A stretch of 38,974 nt of DNA from assembly GCF_001194135.2 (NCBI RefSeq), contig NC_069007.1:5506816-5545789 (forward strand), read 5' to 3'. Positions 36,682 to 38,974 of the stretch are shown one piece after another; positions within the stretch are counted from its first letter, which is position 1; every line of letters begins with the position of its first letter. The stretch is from Octopus bimaculoides. Its lineage: Eukaryota. The notes under the pieces are model-generated. The model searched no databases and was not told the DNA's origin. It was given only the letters and a program-made list of their open reading frames with translations. The position numbers were made by a program, and so were the translations under genes.

Positions 36682-36990
36682 GAATGGTTAGGGGCATTCA
36701 GGTCATGATTATAAGGTCATGAGTTCAATTCCTAGTGGTGCCCTGTGTCCTTGAACAAGACACTTTATTTCCTGTTACTCATGTCCACTTAGCTGGCAAA
36801 AATGAGTTGTACCAGTATTTCAAAGATCCAGCCTTGTCACATTCTGTGTCACACTGAATCTTTCTGAGAACTATGTTAATGGTACTCATGTCTGTGGAGT
36901 GCTCAGCCACTTACATGTTAATTTCATGAGCAATGGTTCTGTTGATCGGATCAACTGGAACCATTGTTGTTGTAACTGACAGAGTACCAG
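36682..36990 (+). mobile_element. Chimeric SINE: CORE-like 5' half plus the 3' half of the ~390-bp SINE
   Basis: The 5' part gtgtccttgaacaagacactttatttc...gtccacttagctggcaaaaatgagt matches the 7059/38121 families. From tatttcaaag.. (~36817) it matches the 11283 family. Confidence 0.7.
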
Positions 36991-37020
36991 TCTATCTATC
37001 TATCTATCTATCTATCTATA

Positions 37021-37115
37021 GAGGCAGCTGACGAAGGATTAATTCCAAGTGGCTATCTCTTTTCCTATGTGTTCGTTCCGTTGTCTGTAGTTAATTTTTC
37101 CAACGTCCTGTATCC
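37021..37115 (+). mobile_element. PLE-type terminal-repeat remnant with degenerate hammerhead
   Basis: CTGACGA (37028-37034) plus gga(ttaat)tcc stem; the GAAA element is corrupted. Confidence 0.35.
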
Positions 37116-37189
37116 TGATATGCATCTATACACACATGTAGATGTAAGAATGTACATATATGTGGGTATACATGCATACATATTCTTTG

Positions 37190-37247
<58 letters not shown>

Positions 37248-37394
37248 GTATGTATATATATAAAAATCAAAATAAGCAACAAGGATATTCAAGGTTAATG
37301 CAGTACGATCGTTACATTAAATGTAAAATGCAGAGCAATTTTTTATCACCTTATTTTGGAATTGTTTGGATACTACCATACTTAATTCAGGTTT

Positions 37395-37573
37395 GGGGGA
37401 GGGGACTAGTTGATTACATCGACCCCAGTGCATAACTGGTACTTATTCTATCAACCCCAAAAGGATGAAAGGCAAAGTTGACCTCGGTGGAATTTAAATT
37501 CAGAATATGGTGAAAGGGAAAATACTGCTAAGCATTCCATCCAGCATGCTAACAATTCTGCCAGCTCACCGCC

Positions 37574-37575
<2 letters not shown>
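37395..37575 (-). mobile_element. tRNA-derived SINE (gagctggcagaa head family)
   Basis: Homologous to 22891-23121. Confidence 0.8.
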
Positions 37576-37635
<60 letters not shown>

Positions 37636-37636
<1 letters not shown>

Positions 37637-37980
37637 GAGAAACTTTCAAAATACAAAGACCTGTAAATAGAGGTACTCGAATGTGGAATCTAAAAACAGA
37701 AACAATTCCTATCATAGTAGGTGCCTTAGGTATAATAAAAAAATATTCAGACAAATACATAACAAAAATACCAGGACTTACAAATATATATAACATACAG
37801 AAGATTGCACTACTGGGCACTGCACACATCCTATGCAAAACACTTTCAATACAATAACCATAAGAGCATCACAGCAAACCACAGCACATACCCAAGGCAC
37901 ACAGAGCTGCGCTCGGTAGTGAAGTGAAAGCACGTTATAAAATTAAAACTACTGAATAATAATAATAATAATAATAACAA
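37636..37980 (+). mobile_element. 5'-truncated R4/Dong-clade LINE inserted in (AAT)n
   Basis: Translates TRMWNLKTETIPIIVGALGIIKK...IYNIQKIALLGTAHILCKTLSIQ*; (AAT)n lies on both sides (37576-37635 and ~37956-37980). Confidence 0.88.
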
Positions 37981-38120
37981 GAACAATAGTTATAATAATA
38001 ATAAATATGATATGAAATGATTTATCTGAAACGTCAGCAAGATTGCAAATTGACAAAATATTCTTTCAAAGATGTATGTGAACATCATTGGCAACACCAT
38101 CTTTGTAGTAATAAATAAAT

Positions 38121-38372
38121 GTGCCCTTTTAAAGCCTAGCCAGGCTCACGGGCCCGGTTTCCCGGTTTCTATGGCGTATGTGTTCCCCAGCTGGACGGGA
38201 CGCCAGTCCATCGCAGCGTTACTCATTTTTTGCCAGCTGAGTGGACTGGAGCAACGTGAAATGAAGTGTTTTGCTCAAGAACAACACAATGCGTCACCCG
38301 GTCCAGGAATCGAAACCACAATCTTACGATCATGATGCCGACACCCTAACCACTAAGCCACACGCCTCCACC
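38121..38372 (-). mobile_element. tRNA-derived SINE, ~260 bp (possibly OR2-type)
   Basis: A-box tggcttagtgg, B-box ggtttcgattcc, CORE-like block, then gcgatggactggcgtcccgtccag. Confidence 0.85.
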
Positions 38373-38690
38373 ATCTTTGTAGTAAAACAGTTAACTTAGG
38401 AAAATACACTAATTTTCTTCTGCAAAACCCATTTATTACTAAACCAGTTGACTGCTAGAATTTATCATTTGAGCATTGTAATGAAAATTACCAAAAAATG
38501 CAAATGTTACTCAACATGAATGTTTATAGTGATTGGATTGGGATGGATGTTTGTGATGGTTGTTCTGTTTAGAACAATTAGATAGTTATAGGTGGAAACT
38601 ATTGACCGAAAAGTCATTTCTGTAAATTATGGCATAAAAGACACACAAATATATTCGGGGAAAGCATTTTTTAGTGAGTTAATGCATATA

Positions 38691-38974
38691 GGATACACAA
38701 TGGCCCAGTGGTTAGGGCAGCGGACTCGCGGTCATAGGATCGCTGTTTCGATTCCCAGACCGGGCGTTGTGAGTGTTTATTGAACGAAAACACCTAAAGC
38801 TCCACGAGGCTCTGGCAGGGGATGGTGGCGAACCCTGTTGTACTCTTCCACCACAACTTTCTCTCACTCTTACTTCCTGTTTCTGTTGTACCTGTATTTC
38901 AAAGGGGCAGCCTTGTCACACTGTGTCACGCTGAATATCCCCGAGAACTACGTTAAGGGTACACGTGTCTGTGG
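38691..38974 (+). mobile_element. tRNA-derived ~390-bp SINE, truncated by window end
   Basis: Highly similar to 11283-11663. Confidence 0.9.

Overview
Eukaryotic, AT-rich, repeat-saturated non-genic (intergenic or intronic) DNA. It is most likely from a cephalopod (octopus-like); this is inferred from the SINE/RTE families and microsatellite load, not from a search. About 4.4 kb is N in 11 assembly gaps, and most ORFs in the supplied track are artefacts of gaps, microsatellites or repeats. I found no host protein-coding gene, rRNA, true tRNA or CRISPR array. The window is a nested mosaic of: (i) several tRNA-derived SINE families; (ii) 3' ends of RTE, R4/Dong, CR1/L2-group and L1/Tx1 LINEs; (iii) Penelope-like element (PLE) fragments; (iv) decayed mariner (DD34D) and maT (DD37D) transposase fragments; and (v) hAT-like, piggyBac-like and fold-back MITEs. 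The best finding is a fully canonical minimal type I hammerhead ribozyme on the minus strand (32315-32384), with a palindromic stem III and an extended stem I. Also notable are a ~115-bp palindrome built from two back-to-back hammerhead-like motifs (14260-14374), further degenerate hammerheads, and a tandem array of a mariner 5' fragment (26320-27215).
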